Of a DNA stretch of 64,000 nt, positions 61,934 to 64,000 are shown piece by piece. The translations under genes and the position numbers were made by a program. The stretch comes from an uncultured Methanobrevibacter sp. (lineage in GTDB: Archaea > Methanobacteriota > Methanobacteria > Methanobacteriales > Methanobacteriaceae), in contig ONSJ01000002.1 in NCBI GenBank assembly GCA_900320515.1, positions 2,334 to 66,333 of the forward strand, in the 5' to 3' direction. Every line of letters starts with the position of its first letter. Position 1 is the first letter of the stretch. The notes beneath the pieces were generated by a model. It had not been told where the DNA came from, did not search any database, and worked only from the letters and a program-made list of their open reading frames with translations.

Positions 61934-62272
61934 ATGGAAAAATATGAAATAATATTTTTTGTAATTGCAATTTTGGCATATATCATATGTTCAATGACTT
62001 TAAAAATTCCAATATATGCCCATTTAATGCTCGGAACAATATTGTCAATAATATTAATTCTTGCAGTGCTTTTAAAACTTCAAGAAAAATACGGGAAAAA
62101 ACTCATCAAATCCATCAACATAATCGAGATAATCATATTTGTATTTTACATAATTTCCGTTGCCTATGAAACAGGGTATCAAAAAACACTAATAATAGAC
62201 TCGAACATTATTTTAATACCATTCTTCGGTGTGTTGATGATGAATGTCTTTTTAAAAATATTTAAAAGTTAA
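61934..62272 (+). CDS. Small 4-TM membrane protein
   Basis: Four hydrophobic segments in 112 aa. Confidence 0.75.
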   Translation: MEKYEIIFFVIAILAYIICSMTLKIPIYAHLMLGTILSIILILAVLLKLQEKYGKKLIKSINIIEIIIFVFYIISVAYETGYQKTLIIDSNIILIPFFGVLMMNVFLKIFKS

Positions 62273-62306
62273 AATAATCGCTTATTTTAACTTATTTTTA
62301 ATTTTT

Positions 62307-63353
<1,047 letters not shown>

Positions 63354-63674
63354 TTACTAATTGTAACTTTAATTTCTTATAGTATATAAATTTAGTCATT
63401 ATAGAATTTTACAGTTTAACATTGTGACTATAACATGAATAATTGACTAACTTTCAAATAACTACTAATTTTTCAGAAATTAGAATTATCGCATTGAAAG
63501 ATACTCCACTATCAAACTAGCTTAAAAATTACATCTAAAAAATGTTTTGATATGCAAAAATTGCTTTCAATTAATAATATTGTATTCAAAAGGTAAAATT
63601 GCCTTCAAATTAAAGAAAAATTATTTATATTGATTTTAATAGATTATTATTTAATTTTAGAAAGATTTTTCATA

Positions 63675-63786
63675 TTAGTATGATTTTTTATACTAACCAG
63701 TTGGTTTAATTAATTATACTAGTATAATTTTTTATACTAATTTATTTAATCTAATTAATTATACTAGTATAATTTTTTATACTAAT
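63675..63786. repeat. Three palindromic units TAGTATRATTTTTTATACTA at 44-45 nt period
   Basis: Exact 35-bp direct repeat 63707-63741 = 63752-63786. Confidence 0.85.
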
Positions 63787-63815
63787 AACAATAAATATAA
63801 TACCAGGTGATTCTA

Positions 63816-64000
63816 ATGAATTCAAAACCATTGTTCTTGCATGATGACTTAGACACATATTTCTACAACCGAAAAGAGGATATTAAAAAACTAAAATATC
63901 AAATAAACTCTTTAAACTATTCATTGCCTCAGCAAATCCTATTAACTGGATATAGAGGCGTTGGAAAAACTTACCTTTTAAAAAAGATAATGCATGACAT
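63816..64000 (+). CDS. Archaeal P-loop (AAA-type) ATPase, 5' part
   Basis: MNSKPL...FYNRKEDI...ILLTGYRGVGKTYLL; AGGTGA RBS; runs off the window. Confidence 0.85.
   Translation, partial: MNSKPLFLHDDLDTYFYNRKEDIKKLKYQINSLNYSLPQQILLTGYRGVGKTYLLKKIMHD

Noticed and set aside
63675-63786. Mini CRISPR array
   Set aside because: The intervening sequence is only about 10 nt, the units are AT-rich palindromes, and there are no cas genes in the window.

Overview
AT-rich archaeal DNA that looks like a Methanobrevibacter-type methanogen (cfbD, archaeal truD/ychF/GET3, adhesin-like proteins); the taxon is inferred from gene content. Chromosomal genes occupy about 1-17.7 kb and 58.9-64 kb. Between them lies a 41,153-bp integrated element bounded by a 10-bp direct repeat AACACCATAT (17758-17767, 58911-58920) and by 16-bp subterminal inverted repeats. 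It sits inside the signal-peptide codons of a large adhesin-like gene, and excising it on paper restores an in-frame MNIKINTICFIILLFLLVGVASA-AEMDNE. The element carries a tyrosine integrase, a degenerate integrase paralogue, and a primase-polymerase/SF3 helicase followed by an iteron-rich putative origin. It also carries an OB-fold SSB-like gene, three RHH and two wHTH regulators, two defence blocks (type I R-M + DUF4011 helicase + GIY-YIG-TM; GmrSD-like + PD-(D/E)XK + HNH), two virus tail-fibre-like genes and its own adhesin. An ArdC-containing operon of small genes has a repeated, covarying H-type RNA pseudoknot in its intercistronic spaces. No capsid, terminase, relaxase or T4SS gene was recognised. 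All calls come from reading the sequence by eye; no database search or folding program was run.
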